From Methanomassiliicoccales archaeon (lineage in GTDB: Archaea > Thermoplasmatota > Thermoplasmata > Methanomassiliicoccales > JACIVX01): a DNA stretch of 36,691 bases. Under the pieces are notes generated by a model. The model did not search any database, was not told the origin of the DNA, and saw nothing but the letters and a program-made list of their open reading frames with translations. Both the position numbers and the translations under genes were made by a program. The DNA lies in assembly GCA_028679985.1 (NCBI GenBank), contig JAJRAH010000107.1:1-36691 (forward strand). Reading direction: 5' to 3'. Numbering within the stretch: position 1 is the stretch's first letter; each line of letters starts with the position of its first letter. Below, one piece after another: positions 8,171 through 16,184 of the stretch.

Positions 8171-9040
8171 TCACAAATAGCCAGACTTCTGCAGAGTCAT
8201 GATGTCCTCGGTGCTAAGCTTCTCACCGCTCTTGAACTTCTCGAAGATCTGCTCGGCCTCTTGCATCGCGGTCGATTCTTCCTTCTTCTTCTTCGCCCGA
8301 CGCGCCTTCTGCTTCAGACCGGTTATGATCTTGTCATAGTCGTGGACCTGGCGAATGCTTTCGATGTGCTTCCGGTGCTCCTCGTCAGCCTTCAGCTTCG
8401 TCTCGATGAATTTCTCCTGGGCAGCATCCGCCTCCTTCCTGAGCGAGTCCGCCTGCTCGTAGAGTTCGATCATCTTGTCGTGTTCCGCCTGCGCCTTCTC
8501 CGCCAGCTCTCCGACGTTTCTGTGGTGCGTCTCGGCCTTTTCCTTCGCTTCCCTGAGTTCTCGGATAGCGTTGCGGACTTCGACGTTCTGCTCGAGAGCC
8601 TTCTCCCTCTCCTTGATCTGCGCCTGGAGGGCGGAAAGCATCTCGATTATATCCCTTTCCTTCTCGGTGGTCAGGACAGAGGTCATCTGTTTGAACTCAA
8701 GGGCCTTTAATTCCTTCTTCAGCTTGGCGATGGGAGGGCCTTCCCTCGGGACGTTATCTTTCTTGAGTGCGATGACCTTCTCGTTAAGTTCGTTGACCTT
8801 CTGATTCCAGAAATCTCTCTGCGCTTTGTCTTCCCTCACTCGGATATTCAAGGAGTCGCGAGTCTCTCTGTGCTTCGCCGCCTCCTCGACCAGCTCTCGG
8901 ACTTTGGCGTTCAGTTCGTCGCGCTTCATGACCCATTCTTTCGTCTGCTCATTCAGCTCGTCCCGGACATGCCGGTGCTTCTCCGCTTCGTTGTTGCAGA
9001 CTTGTCGTTTTTGTTCAAGCTCCTCCAAGAGTTCAGTCAT
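8171..9040 (-). CDS. Archaeal coiled-coil protein (COG1340-like), function unknown
   Basis: 289 aa, extremely rich in E/K/R/Q/L, with heptad-like periodicity throughout. The C-terminal 'FEKFKSGEKLSTEDIMTLQKSGYL' tail is as in conserved euryarchaeal coiled-coil proteins. Every other-frame ORF over it is low-complexity shadow. Confidence 0.75.
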   Translation of the reverse strand: MTELLEELEQKRQVCNNEAEKHRHVRDELNEQTKEWVMKRDELNAKVRELVEEAAKHRETRDSLNIRVREDKAQRDFWNQKVNELNEKVIALKKDNVPREGPPIAKLKKELKALEFKQMTSVLTTEKERDIIEMLSALQAQIKEREKALEQNVEVRNAIRELREAKEKAETHHRNVGELAEKAQAEHDKMIELYEQADSLRKEADAAQEKFIETKLKADEEHRKHIESIRQVHDYDKIITGLKQKARRAKKKKEESTAMQEAEQIFEKFKSGEKLSTEDIMTLQKSGYL

Positions 9041-9153
9041 TCAAACACACTCGGCCATTAGGCACGCACAATTGAGACGGGATGGACATACTGACTTTCA
9101 TTTATAATCTTTTCGACATCGAGGATGATTCGCGACTCATCCAGAACGTTCGA

Positions 9154-9678
9154 TCATTGCGAGGGATCCTCTCCCTTGTCATCCTCGTCCTTCTTTCTCT
9201 GCTCGTCGGGATTGAGTTCGATGTCGTGCCACTGGTCCCCGTACTGGTCGGCACCACCTGTCTTCAGCTCAAACTTGACCCTGAGGCGACCCCCCTCGAA
9301 GAAGACGTAGGCGTTCTTCACCGTCGATAGATAGAACGAGACCCTCTTGCCCTCCTGAGAGAGTCGCCTCTCCTGGCATTCCACGAGCCCCACTTTCTGC
9401 AAGTCCCTTATCCTTCGATAACATGCCGCGATAGGGATCCCGAACCTCCTAGATATCTCCTGGGCGGACCTGGGAACCCGTACCGTCGCGACGAGAATCT
9501 TGACCGCATACTCGTCCGTCAGGAGCTGGGAGGTCTTTAGAAGGTCTATCGATCTTCCCCCTATCAGAGGAATTGAAGGGGATGGATGGATAATAAAATC
9601 TTCCAAGATATCAGAGCGTCGCTGTAAGTCGGCTTCACGCCTTGACTGCGATAGCCTCAGGCTGCACGATGAACTCAT
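9154..9678 (-). CDS. Winged-helix (ArsR-like) DNA-binding protein with acidic C-terminal tail; paralog of upstream gene
   Basis: wHTH core 'LLTDEYAVKILVATVRVPRSAQEISRRFGIPIAACYRRIRDLQKVGLVE', then a beta-rich segment and the tail 'DEQRKKDEDDKGEDPSQ'. The ATG at 9678 would overlap the upstream gene by 44 nt. An in-frame TTG at 9606 (28 nt after the upstream stop) is an alternative start. Confidence 0.7.
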   Translation of the reverse strand: MSSSCSLRLSQSRREADLQRRSDILEDFIIHPSPSIPLIGGRSIDLLKTSQLLTDEYAVKILVATVRVPRSAQEISRRFGIPIAACYRRIRDLQKVGLVECQERRLSQEGKRVSFYLSTVKNAYVFFEGGRLRVKFELKTGGADQYGDQWHDIELNPDEQRKKDEDDKGEDPSQ

Positions 9679-9988
9679 CCTCCGGCAACCATTCGACTTC
9701 GATCCTGAAGTACCCCTCCATGAAGATGAGTCTGAGGACCTTGACGGCGCATTGGTAGTACCTGACCTTCTTCCCTCTGAAGACCTCTTCCTGTCTGACG
9801 CACTTCAAGAGGCCGATTCCCTCCATCTTCGATACCCTTCTGTATGCAACCGCGATCGGGATCCCGCAGACCCTGCTGATGTTCTGCACGGACATCGGGC
9901 TCCGATGCGTAGTGCTGAGTATCTTTCCGGCGTATTCATCTGCCATCAGTCTGGAGATAGCCTCTTTCTGAGGGGTCGCTCCTTCCAT
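9635..9988 (-). CDS. Winged-helix (ArsR-like) DNA-binding protein; paralog of downstream gene
   Basis: 117 aa. 'LMADEYAGKILSTTHRSPMSVQNISRVCGIPIAVAYRRVSKMEGIGLLK' aligns with the neighbouring ORF (shared DEYA-KIL, GIPIA, YRR, GK-V-Y, VK positions). Confidence 0.75.
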   Translation of the reverse strand: MEGATPQKEAISRLMADEYAGKILSTTHRSPMSVQNISRVCGIPIAVAYRRVSKMEGIGLLKCVRQEEVFRGKKVRYYQCAVKVLRLIFMEGYFRIEVEWLPEDEFIVQPEAIAVKA

Positions 9989-10065
9989 CGAGGTTTCGAT
10001 GACCGCTGATTCTTAAAGACTTTGTTCCGCGGCTATCAAATCTGATATCAGAAAAAACGCTGAGA

Positions 10066-11670
10066 TCACAGCATCGGCACGAGTCTGGCAAATGGAACAC
10101 CGTCTTCGTACTCGAACTCGAGATGATGGTATGGTGTGAAGGGCTTCTGCCCGCACAACATTACGGCACCTTCCATGTTCTCTAGTTTCACGTGCAGCTG
10201 AGCTTGATGGGCAAGCGCCATCAGTGACTTCGACGACTGGGTGGCCTCAGCGACGACGACCTGCCCGTCCCGCCGAGCGGAATCGATGTGGCCGAAGGCG
10301 CCCGTTAAAACGTCCTGCCCGTATTGTGCTTCAAGCGCATCGTATCCCAAAAGCGATAGGTATGGAGGCGTTGCGCCTGCCAGCATGTATCTGAGCGAGT
10401 CCCATCTAAGGTCGTGGGAGACATCGGTTCCTTCGATCGTCGTGACGAACGGATACGCACCTTCGGCTATCCCTGACGCATCGAGAACCCTGAGTCCTTT
10501 GGAAGCCCTGTCCTTCGCAACGAGCATCGCCATCTGCTTGTCCAGGCGAGAGTAGTCGATCGAGTTGAGGGGGTACCATATGACTCCCCTCTTCTTTGAC
10601 AGAAAGTCGGAAATCAACGACAGCTCGAAGCAGCGAACGACCTCTTGAGGTACGTCCGCTCCGATCTCTAAGAGCGTCAGAGCGCCCAGCGGAAGACCTC
10701 CGAGCAGCTCGTCAAAGTTCTTGTTCCCCGTGGAGGCGACGCCGCCCCTCGGGTCATCGACGGGTGAGTGCTTTCTCAGGACCTCGGGCAATTTCACCCA
10801 TGTTGGCTCGAAAGTCCTTATCCTCCCGTCCGCAAGGGTGAATGTGTACCTCCACCGCTCGATTCTCGAGCCCCGCAGCTTCTCTATGACGAGAAGTCTC
10901 ACCCTCCGACCCTCCTTCTCCTGGCTCAGAAGTGCGACGACGCCATCTCCGAGGAAGTCCATGCTGGAACGTCCGGAGGTCTCGAGCACGTACACGATAT
11001 TCGTACCCGAGTGCTCAACCAGATCCTTCTGCAAGGTATTGATTATCCGGTGGGATGCGATGCCGTATCTCTCAGAAAGGGAATCCATGCTGTCGATGAC
11101 GACCAGGGTCTTCTTGGGAAGATTCGTCTCCGCGAGATCATAGGCCAGCTCGAGCTCCGGGAGCATCACTCCGAGATCGAGCACTATCGAACTGTCAGTC
11201 ACCTCTCCAGAACTGTACTCGCTCTCGTCCCCGCCCAGATCGCCGGCTTCTATCTGACCCTCGAGCTTCTGGAGTTCGGATCTTACGACCCCAGGCACTG
11301 TTTCCGACCGGGCAAGGGCCCTCAGCAGCTCCTTCGCTGCTTTCAACGTGGCGTCAGCGTGTAACGCCTCCTCGGTCTTCATCTGAACTGGCCGGGTCTG
11401 CTTGAGGAAGCTCTTTCCCGCCCTAAGGATGTTGTTGCGCCTGGCCCTATCCCTGAGCCAGGGAAATTGCCTGTACAAAGCTTCGTCTGACACCCTGGAG
11501 GAAAGGTAGTATTCCGCCTGCTCGTCCGCGAGCTCCTCAACCATTTGCAGAGCGAAGGTGGTCTTCCCCGTTCCGGCTTCGCCCTTGACGACGAGCGAGT
11601 GTCCCCCTGCACTTCTCAGGAAATCCAGTATCTCCTGAGGTATCCTGCCGCTCTTGGTGTCAGATGCCAA
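10066..11670 (-). CDS. KaiC/RecA-superfamily ATPase, GvpD-like (one intact P-loop domain + one degenerate domain)
   Basis: 534 aa. Walker A 'GEAGTGKTT' at about residue 31 and Walker B-like 'TLVVIDSMDSL'. A second KaiC-like repeat, 'STGNKNFDELLGGLPLGALTLLEIGADVP', lacks a P-loop. The size and the single N-terminal P-loop match GvpD-type proteins. Start is TTG at 11670 (first start codon after an in-frame stop). Confidence 0.78.
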   Translation of the reverse strand: MASDTKSGRIPQEILDFLRSAGGHSLVVKGEAGTGKTTFALQMVEELADEQAEYYLSSRVSDEALYRQFPWLRDRARRNNILRAGKSFLKQTRPVQMKTEEALHADATLKAAKELLRALARSETVPGVVRSELQKLEGQIEAGDLGGDESEYSSGEVTDSSIVLDLGVMLPELELAYDLAETNLPKKTLVVIDSMDSLSERYGIASHRIINTLQKDLVEHSGTNIVYVLETSGRSSMDFLGDGVVALLSQEKEGRRVRLLVIEKLRGSRIERWRYTFTLADGRIRTFEPTWVKLPEVLRKHSPVDDPRGGVASTGNKNFDELLGGLPLGALTLLEIGADVPQEVVRCFELSLISDFLSKKRGVIWYPLNSIDYSRLDKQMAMLVAKDRASKGLRVLDASGIAEGAYPFVTTIEGTDVSHDLRWDSLRYMLAGATPPYLSLLGYDALEAQYGQDVLTGAFGHIDSARRDGQVVVAEATQSSKSLMALAHQAQLHVKLENMEGAVMLCGQKPFTPYHHLEFEYEDGVPFARLVPML

Positions 11671-11770
11671 ATCGAACGCCAGGACAATATCCCTGAAAAC
11701 CCTCTTAATCCTTTTCTTCTGCTCAGCGAATCCAAACCCGCTAGGACGACCATAACATTAATGTTCAACG

Positions 11771-11780
11771 ATTTTTATCT
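11771..11780 (+). promoter_or_regulatory. TATA-box-like element upstream of purB
   Basis: 'ATTTTTATCT' is centred about 21 nt upstream of the purB ATG (11796). This spacing fits a leaderless or near-leaderless archaeal transcript. Confidence 0.45.
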
Positions 11781-11795
11781 AAGAGAAGTGAGGAA

Positions 11796-13154
11796 ATGCT
11801 TCTCTGTCCCCTAGACTACCGGTACGGGCGCGACGAGATGAAGTCCGTTTTCAGCGAAGAGACGAAGCTAAAGACGCAGTTGCTCGTCGAGGCCGCACTT
11901 GCGAGAGCCCAGGCCAGCGTCGGAAACATAAGCAAGAAGGATGCAGCTGCGATAGCATCGAAGGCCGATCTCAATCATGTCAGGCTGGAGAGGGTCAAGG
12001 AAATCGAGAAGAAAACAAAGCACGACGTCATGGCTGTGGTCAGGGCTTTGTCCGAGCAATGTGGAACCGCTGGCAAGTACGTGCATCTCGGGGCGACATC
12101 TAACGACATAATCGACACCGCCACGGCAATCCAGATGTCGATAGCGTTCGATATAATCGAAGATGACATTCTGAAGTTGATGGAAACCTTTGCCAAGATG
12201 GCGAAGAAGCACCGCAAGACGATCATGGTCGGAAGAACGCATGGACAGTTCGCCGTTCCGACAACCTTCGGATTCAAGATCGCTGGGTACTTGACGGAGA
12301 TGATGAGATACCTAGAGCGCCTCGGTGAGGCGAGGAAGAGGGTCTGCGTTGGAAAGATGTCGGGCGCCGTAGGGACGAGTGCTGCGTTCGGTGTGAATGC
12401 TCTCGGTATCCAGGAAGCTGTCATGATGGAACTCGGACTTGGCGTGGAAAAGGCGGCGACACAAATCGTTTGCAGGGACAGGTACGCCGAGATAGTCTCC
12501 ATCCTGGCTCAGCTTTGCACCTCATGCGAGCGCTACGCCACCGAAGTGAGGAATCTCCAGCGATCGGAGGTGCAGGAGGTTTCGGAGTCCTTCGACTACA
12601 AGAACCAAGTCGGGAGTTCGACCATGGCACAGAAGAAGAATCCGATCGCATCCGAGAACGTGTGCGGGCTTGCAAGAATCGTCAGGGCTTTCGTCGCTCC
12701 GTCAATGGAGAATATGGTGCTTTGGCACGAGAGAGATCTGACCAACTCGAGTGCCGAGAGGTTCATTCTGCCTCACGTCTTCGCGCTTTCCGATGATATA
12801 CTCGCGAAAACGGATGAGATATTCTCCCACCTCGTGATCAGGCCAGAGAGGATGAGAGAGAACATGGAGGAGTCTCAGGGAATGATCATGGCGGAATCGG
12901 TCATGATAGCACTGGTAGAGAAGGGAATGGGTCGGCAAGAGGCACATGAGCTCATAAGGGGATTCAGCCTCAAGTCGGAGACTGAGGCGAGGCCATTGTT
13001 CGATCTGTTGGCGTCTTCGAAGCAAATCAAGGCTGTCATGTCGAAAGCGGAACTGATCAGAGCGATGGATCCGCGAAGTTATGTCGGAATGGCGCCTCGG
13101 ATAGTGGACGAGGTCGTGGCGGATGCTATGAAGCTCATCGAAGCTAGGTCCTAG
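11796..13154 (+). CDS. purB: Adenylosuccinate lyase
   Basis: 452 aa. N-terminus 'CPLDYRYGRDEMKSVFSEE', 'GATSNDIIDTA', 'VGRTHGQFAVPTT', and the fumarate-lyase signature 'GSSTMAQKKNP'. Confidence 0.93.
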   Translation: MLLCPLDYRYGRDEMKSVFSEETKLKTQLLVEAALARAQASVGNISKKDAAAIASKADLNHVRLERVKEIEKKTKHDVMAVVRALSEQCGTAGKYVHLGATSNDIIDTATAIQMSIAFDIIEDDILKLMETFAKMAKKHRKTIMVGRTHGQFAVPTTFGFKIAGYLTEMMRYLERLGEARKRVCVGKMSGAVGTSAAFGVNALGIQEAVMMELGLGVEKAATQIVCRDRYAEIVSILAQLCTSCERYATEVRNLQRSEVQEVSESFDYKNQVGSSTMAQKKNPIASENVCGLARIVRAFVAPSMENMVLWHERDLTNSSAERFILPHVFALSDDILAKTDEIFSHLVIRPERMRENMEESQGMIMAESVMIALVEKGMGRQEAHELIRGFSLKSETEARPLFDLLASSKQIKAVMSKAELIRAMDPRSYVGMAPRIVDEVVADAMKLIEARS

Positions 13155-13183
13155 TCGGACCAGCTACTCGATTCGAGAAAAGA

Positions 13184-13190
13184 GTTAAAT
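13184..13190 (+). promoter_or_regulatory. TATA-box-like element upstream of tRNA-Ala
   Basis: 'GTTAAAT' is centred about 26 nt upstream of the tRNA 5' end (13213). Confidence 0.4.
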
Positions 13191-13212
13191 CCTCCTCCTG
13201 TTATCCATGCGC

Positions 13213-13307
13213 GGGCCGATAGATCAGTGGATGCGTCTGGTAAGGCGCCGCTAAAGATCGCCGCCTTCGCAAGGCGGAGGCCGCGGGTTCAAATCCCGCT
13301 CGGTCCA
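13213..13307 (+). tRNA. tRNA-Ala (anticodon CGC) with a 23-nt BHB intron in the D-loop (intron about 13232-13254)
   Basis: Acceptor GGGCCGA/TCGGTCC with the G3:U70 alanine identity pair, discriminator A13307. D stem GATC(13222-25)/GATC(13256-59). Anticodon stem CCGCC/GGCGG with loop UUCGCAA (CGC at 13268-13270). Variable loop AGGCC. T arm GCGGG-TTCAAAT-CCCGC. 30 nt lie between the D-stem strands and fold into helix-bulge-helix-bulge-helix (details in findings). Excision gives a 72-nt tRNA with D-loop AGUGGAA. Confidence 0.8.
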
Positions 13308-13425
13308 CTATCTTTCTGATATTTCAAGCGGTTCCGTAGTTACGAAAGCGCGCTAGGACCCTGCGTCCAGTTTGCTTTCAATCCCTGCGGATCTCTCCGA
13401 CCGCGACCTAGAAAGTCGCTTCTGA

Positions 13426-13833
13426 TTACGCTGTGTCTAGTCGCTGCCTTGCAGAAAACCGCCAAGGAAGTATATCGCGAGACCTATGGCGATGAAGACG
13501 AACCCAGTTGCCCCTGCTATAGTGTTGAAGGTGTAGTCGTCTGCCGGCCCGAATGGTTCTGAGGGCATTGGGGGGGATCGAGACGGCCATTACTAGCAAC
13601 AATATGCCTAGTCCTGCGAAAATCACTGCCGCGATCAGTCTCTGCTGAGATACGTACAGGCGAGTCGAACGATAGATGTCTCCAGTCTTCGCACTCTCGG
13701 CGATTCTAGTCTCGTTATCGCCAACACCCGCGCCGCATCTGTCGCAGTACCTAGCCCCCTCTCCAAGCTGGCTCCCGCATTCAGAGCAGTACTTCAGGCC
13801 CCGCCCTCCAACATCCGGATCGAAATGTGTCAT
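13426..13833 (-). CDS. Zinc-ribbon membrane protein; 3' part apparently frame-shifted at a C7 run
   Basis: N-terminal double CxxC 'YCSECGSQL...RYCDRCG' and one TM helix 'LIAAVIFAGLGILLLVMAV'. After the C7 run (plus-strand G7 at 13570-13576) the ORF turns into an Arg/His-rich tail. The +1 frame (13568..13437) encodes a clean second TM segment, 'MPSEPFGPADDYTFNTIAGATGFVFIAIGLAIYFLGGFLQGSD'. Confidence 0.6.
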   Translation of the reverse strand: MTHFDPDVGGRGLKYCSECGSQLGEGARYCDRCGAGVGDNETRIAESAKTGDIYRSTRLYVSQQRLIAAVIFAGLGILLLVMAVSIPPNALRTIRAGRRLHLQHYSRGNWVRLHRHRSRDILPWRFSARQRLDTA

Positions 13834-13903
13834 TCGAGGATTTAGACATGTCTGTCAGCAGTTTGAGGGATGGATCGACGATGCGGGATCGTTCTAGCCT
13901 GAT

Positions 13904-14287
13904 CTACTCCCATTCGTCGAAGAGTTTCGATATGCCCTTCTTCGCGACGGACCACGTCGGGACGCCGCCGGTCAGCACCGCGATCTGGAGCGCTTCGACG
14001 ATCTCTTCCTTTGTCGCCCCGTAGTTCTTGGCCATTTTAGCTTGGGGGTAGATGCAGTCCTCGCACATCCTTACCGCGACGCAAGCAAGTGCGATCAACC
14101 GCTTCGTCTTCCTGTCCAGGGCACCGTCGTTCACCACGATCTTATCCATGTCTTTTATCAGAATCGCAAGATCGGGGTTGTGCTCCCTGATATGATCCAA
14201 CGTGTTCGGGACGTATCCGCACATCTTCTTCCCGAGATCTCTGACCGCTCTGTCTGCCTCTTCGACTTTCTCCTTCGACTTAGACAT
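13904..14287 (-). CDS. Carboxymuconolactone decarboxylase (CMD/AhpD-like) family protein
   Basis: 127 aa. 'DRKTKRLIALACVAVRMCEDCIYPQAKMAKNYGATKEEIVEALQIAVLTGGVP' has the typical CMD-domain helix pattern with a CxxC-type pair. Confidence 0.8.
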   Translation of the reverse strand: MSKSKEKVEEADRAVRDLGKKMCGYVPNTLDHIREHNPDLAILIKDMDKIVVNDGALDRKTKRLIALACVAVRMCEDCIYPQAKMAKNYGATKEEIVEALQIAVLTGGVPTWSVAKKGISKLFDEWE

Positions 14288-14343
14288 GAAGGTAGACTAC
14301 GAATCATCGGCTATAAAAGTCTCTCAGACATCGTGCAATCCTG

Positions 14344-15018
14344 TCAAATGAGATGAAAGACCGCCTCGAGTGTCACTCTCCTTTGATCCTTTCCATCAAA
14401 ACGTTTTCCGACTTCACGCTCTTCGATCGATTTCACCCTGAAATCACCGAACAGATCACTAAGCTCAGTTTTCGAGAAGTAGTGATACATGATTGAATTG
14501 CCCCTTACAAAGGTATTCCTCTCGATCTCTCGGCCCTTTCCGTATCGCATATCGTGTTCTGAGAAAACGTGGACAATCGCCATACCGCCGCTCCTCAGGA
14601 CTCTTCTGCATTCCGCTACAGCCTGGTTTCGATCCGCCGCCACCAGATGCTCCAGAATATGAGACGCAATTACTACGTCGAAAGAATTGTCGGCGAACGG
14701 AAGAGCACAGACGTCTGACATTATGAGATTGGGACTCTGGTGAGGTCGATACCTCCTCAGGCACGATTTCACAGCATTGAGCGAGTAGTCCACCCCGACG
14801 ACGAATCGCTCCTTTCCGAGGATGCCAGCAAGCGTCTTTCCATCACCGCATCCCAGTTCCAGGATCGTCGTCTTCTCTCCGAGTTCGACATCTATGGCGG
14901 ATGGTCCTCTCCACAGGGGGGAGGGGGTGGAGTATTCCTTGTTCCATCCTGCTCTCTGCGATTTCCAGAGCGTTCCGTGATCGGTCATTTCTGCTACTGA
15001 CAGGCGTATGGTTATCAT
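14344..15018 (-). CDS. Class I SAM-dependent methyltransferase
   Basis: Motif I 'ILELGCGDGK', post-I acidic 'VVGVDYS', motif II-like 'FDVVIASHILEHL', and 'LRSGGMAIV'. Alternative start at ATG 14988 (MTDHG...). Confidence 0.85.
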   Translation of the reverse strand: MITIRLSVAEMTDHGTLWKSQRAGWNKEYSTPSPLWRGPSAIDVELGEKTTILELGCGDGKTLAGILGKERFVVGVDYSLNAVKSCLRRYRPHQSPNLIMSDVCALPFADNSFDVVIASHILEHLVAADRNQAVAECRRVLRSGGMAIVHVFSEHDMRYGKGREIERNTFVRGNSIMYHYFSKTELSDLFGDFRVKSIEEREVGKRFDGKDQRRVTLEAVFHLI

Positions 15019-15154
15019 TGATATTGAACGGATGCCTCGGAACCTAATGCGTAATCTCCGATGGGAAGGCGATCATTGAAGTCAACGAAATCGATTCATA
15101 TGATGAACCGAGGCGATCACCTTGAAGACCTGCAAGATCCCTAATGAATCCAGA

Positions 15155-15559
15155 ATGAGTCTGGATCGTGAAGCATTCAGAGGAATGAAGGTTCTGGTCA
15201 GAGCAGAAAGCTATGCGATCGCCAAGGCGGCGAGGCCTATCGAAGGTGCCTTCGCGGTAGTGGACGACGGCAGGGAAATCACGGTGGTCATCGATCAATC
15301 CCTGTTCGAAGACGCGGACGCACGAGAGTTCACAAGGGACTGGAAGATGATCACCTTCGATGCGATTCTTCCACTCGATCTTGTAGGTTTCCTATCCTTT
15401 GTTGCAGGTTCCATTGCCAAGATCGGTGCGAGCATCTTCGTAATCTCGGCCTACTCGACCGATCATCTGCTCGTCAGGGAGCGGGATCTCGACCGGGTCG
15501 TTGCCAAGCTCAGGGAGATGGGGTTCGAAGTCTGCTCGAATCATGTAATCCAGGTCTGA
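15155..15559 (+). CDS. ACT-domain (ACT_7-like) protein
   Basis: 'WKMITFDAILPLDLVGFLSFVAGSIAKIGASIFVISAYSTDHLLVRERDLDRVVAKLREMGFEV' matches the C-terminal ACT_7-type ligand-binding domain. Start is uncertain (TTG 15122, ATG 15155 or ATG 15185). Confidence 0.7.
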   Translation: MSLDREAFRGMKVLVRAESYAIAKAARPIEGAFAVVDDGREITVVIDQSLFEDADAREFTRDWKMITFDAILPLDLVGFLSFVAGSIAKIGASIFVISAYSTDHLLVRERDLDRVVAKLREMGFEVCSNHVIQV

Positions 15560-15581
15560 GAAGTCCTTTTCCAGTCTATCC

Positions 15582-16184
15582 TCAAGGCAAGATGAAGAAC
15601 CCCGAACCGATTATATAGTCAATCGCGCCCCTCATGACATACTCTATTCCCATGGCGGCTATGAACAACCCGATAACCTTCGAGAAGATGTCGATCACAT
15701 TGTTTCCCACGAGCCTTACTATGGCAGCCGCGTTCCTGAGCAATCCCCAGGTGACGACGAGCGAGATCACGCCTGCGAAGAGAGGAGTGATGTAGCCGTA
15801 GTTGGTCGTGAGTATTATCGCCGTCGTAATGACGCCGGGGCCGGTAAGGATCGGGCTGGCTACGATGACCCAGGCGACGTTCTGCTCCCCCTGTTTCATG
15901 ATGGCTATCCCAAAAACAATCTCGATTGCCATGAGCAACAAGACAATCCCGCCCGCCATTCGGAATCCAGCGGTCGTTATGCTGAAGGCGGCGAGGAGTT
16001 CCTTCCCTACGAGAACGAATATCACGAAAAGGATGCCGGCGACGAGAATCGCCTTGTTCGCGCTCTTCATCTTATCCTCGTCGCTGAAGCTCCTCGTTAG
16101 GGTGATGAATATCGGAAGGCTTGCGAACGGGTCGAAGATGAAGAACAGGAGGGTCGTGGCGTAGATCAGATCCGCAAACGGCAT
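15582..16184 (-). CDS. MarC-family (UPF0056) integral membrane protein
   Basis: 200 aa with 6 hydrophobic helices. The N-terminal 'FFIFDPFASLPIFITLT' is the characteristic MarC motif. Confidence 0.85.
   Translation of the reverse strand: MPFADLIYATTLLFFIFDPFASLPIFITLTRSFSDEDKMKSANKAILVAGILFVIFVLVGKELLAAFSITTAGFRMAGGIVLLLMAIEIVFGIAIMKQGEQNVAWVIVASPILTGPGVITTAIILTTNYGYITPLFAGVISLVVTWGLLRNAAAIVRLVGNNVIDIFSKVIGLFIAAMGIEYVMRGAIDYIIGSGFFILP

Noticed and set aside
8171-9040. Highly repetitive-looking region; checked for a tandem DNA repeat or CRISPR-like array
   Set aside because: The repetition is at the amino-acid composition level (E/K/R/L heptads) within one continuous ORF. There are no identical DNA repeat units with spacers.
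10066-11670. GvpD-like ATPase as a marker of a gas-vesicle gene cluster
   Set aside because: No gvpA/C/F/N-like ORFs occur anywhere in the window. The neighbours are wHTH regulators, a coiled-coil protein and purB.
3036-13307. tRNA-Ser and tRNA-Ala as integration sites for a mobile element or genomic island
   Set aside because: No integrase, transposase or phage-like gene flanks either tRNA. I saw no direct repeat of either tRNA 3' end elsewhere in the window. The neighbouring genes are core housekeeping.
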